DNA of 64,000 bases from Phoronis australis (Eukaryota > Animalia > Phoronida). Each line of letters begins with the position of its first letter. The first letter of the stretch is position 1. A model generated the notes under the pieces. It saw nothing but the letters and a program-made list of their open reading frames with translations. It had not been told where the DNA came from and made no database searches. The stretch lies in assembly GCA_002633005.1 (NCBI GenBank), contig NMRA01000020.1, positions 397,621 through 461,620 of the forward strand, in the 5' to 3' direction. This document shows, piece by piece, positions 61,881-64,000 of the stretch. A program made the position numbers and the translations under genes.

Positions 61881-64000
61881 TTTGTTTTCTCACATGAACC
61901 GTAAAAATGATCTTTTTGCCGAAAAACTCGACGTGTCTAAGACTTTCAACCACATGATGCAACTTTCATAAAGCACGCTTGCGCAAAGTAAAGTAATTCA
62001 GTTGCTTTTTGTTAATAGTTTTATTTTAAGCTCAGCAATTGTAAATTGCATTCAGCTGTGGTAGCTAATAAATAGTCTTCGAAGTTGTAATATTAAAATT
62101 TAAAAAATGTTTGTAAATAACAGTCAGCAAGGCTTCTCCGCGCGTGAGCACTGATGAGCCTGAGACAACACAGGTAGACAGTCTCGCCACGTTTCTGGAG
62201 ATGGGACTCGTCTCCGTTTGAATGAACGTGGATATTGGAATTCGCCGCCGGAGATGGGTCCGTTTAAGAAGTTGCTTGCATGTCTCACGTGCAGTTGCGA
62301 CACCCAGTTTGTTCCTCATAACCTTGTCACCACTTTTTGGAATTCCGGCATTGCTTGGTATGCGCACGTTTGGTTGCTTTAAATGCTTTGCAGACGATAA
62401 ATGTACGGCGTATGGATTTGTACTTTGCACTACTTTGTGATTCGCCCATGTAATGTCAAAAAATTACGTACTGGGTGATATTAACCAGTCGTGTCGTAAC
62501 TCATTCCACGTCATGTTGCGTACAAATATTAGTGCGTTGTCGCATATGTTACAATTTTTATGTAACTGGTACTACACATGAGTGACGAAAAAACTTTCTG
62601 TTTATGTTAGCGTTTTACCCAGACACTGTCAGCGAACTAGGTTATTTTCACAAGCAGTTGGTTCGTCATACCTCTCCTACGGGGCCCATTGTGTTAAGTC
62701 GGCCCTAAAAGGATTACGTCTAAGGAATAACATGACGAAATTACAACTTTTTCATTGTAGCTCCCAACACCAAATGGGTCCCTCTTAATCGTGCTTACTC
62801 TCTAACACATGTTCACATTAAAGGCGCAAACGCTAGCAATTGACCTTTCGCCAGGATTTTGAGTGACGGTTTAACTGACCAATCAGAACGCAGCATTCTT
62901 GACACCCCTTGGTTTCCAAGCTGCCGTTTTACCCGACAAACAACACGTTGTCGGGTAAAATTTATTGTTTGTTTGTCGACTTCTCGCAAGGCGGCGGAGC
63001 TTGCGATAGTCAAGTTCACTAGCTAAAACGCTAGATTTTTAGCCATTTTGTGAACCAGGTATGAAAATAAGATTAAGCTATAATGTACATCTAGCCGACT
63101 CTGTAATATCGCAGCGGTGCACCTTTAATGTAGTTGAGTTCTTCGCGAAGCAGGCACAGGCACACTGATAGGAACACGGGTTTAATTAACAATTAAGCAC
63201 GCCTGTTGAGCTATATGAATCGGCATCTCGCCCGCTTTTATCGGAAGTAACGGGGGCCGTCGGTGGCAGCGTGTGTCACTCACGACAGCAATAAGCCCTA
63301 CGCTAGTCTAGTGATCTGCCGAAATGAAGGAAATGAGTTGAAGGTCACCGTTGTGAGAAGAACAAATATCGACTGAGAATGAAAGGCCTTTTCGCATGTG
63401 GAATAAACATTTGCCACTGTTGGAATGTCACCAAGTTACCCGTGTGTGGTGTGTTCTGTCTAGTGTCAAATATCTTCGAGACAATTTGTGTTTCCATTTA
63501 GAGCTTGGTTAGGTTATTAAAAGTATTAATATGGCTTTAAGTGTCTAGAGCAGACCAACTGCAAACAACTCGTTAAAAAGATAGGTATGTACACCATTAC
63601 AAGATGTTTCTAAATATCAATCCCGATGCTTTATTTCTATGACAGTTATTTGCCAGCGTGTCGACCTGTCAAGTACCCTTGTGTTTTACCAAGTAGCAGC
63701 GTTTGAGCATGAATAGCAAGCCTAACAGTAATCGTATTTCCTCAGAAAGTTGCAATTAAAGGGTCATATTCTTCTTGTTAACCATTCAAAACGCAAATTA
63801 CAAACCAGTTTACTCAGCATCAAATAGAATGTCTCCAATCTTCCCATGCCTTCATAAAAATGATTTTCATCTCTAAATAGTCCATTCGAGTCATAAGTGG
63901 ACATGGCAATGTGTCGACAAGAAACCAGTTTTGTCTGGTTTGTCTAACCTTCCAAAACTGAGGTCTTTCTCATCAATCTTTCAAGTCATTTTATGGTAGA

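Noticed and set aside
62143-62192. CTGATGAGCCTG..CAGGT hammerhead candidate
   Set aside because: Stem II is plausible but the GAAA box is absent (AGAC).
62065-62430. 121-aa ORF with HLSSAKH (U1-type zinc-finger-like tail)
   Set aside because: There is no upstream Cys pair in frame and no supporting splice structure.

Overview
This is AT-rich, intron-rich animal DNA, probably from a marine invertebrate; the taxon cannot be fixed from the sequence alone. The first ~42 kb hold one complete plus-strand gene that I assembled by hand: 43 coding exons (3817-41950), all GT-AG, splicing into one open frame of 7,815 nt (~2,604 aa). The protein has 17 tandem PLAT/LH2 domains, which identifies a LOXHD1 orthologue. 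Its notable traits are a novel N-terminal extension with a [13 protein letters not shown] motif, phase-1 introns at 15 of 16 inter-domain junctions, and a duplicated charged insert in PLAT8. The non-coding DNA has a 2.7-kb foldback palindrome just upstream of the first coding exon, several MITEs, an inverted repeat pair bracketing exons 26-27, and minisatellites. After a probable long 3' UTR and a 396-nt N gap, 47-64 kb has no intact recognisable gene, only decayed transposon pieces (LINE RT, THAP-like) and hairpins. All coordinates were read by eye and may be off by a few nt.
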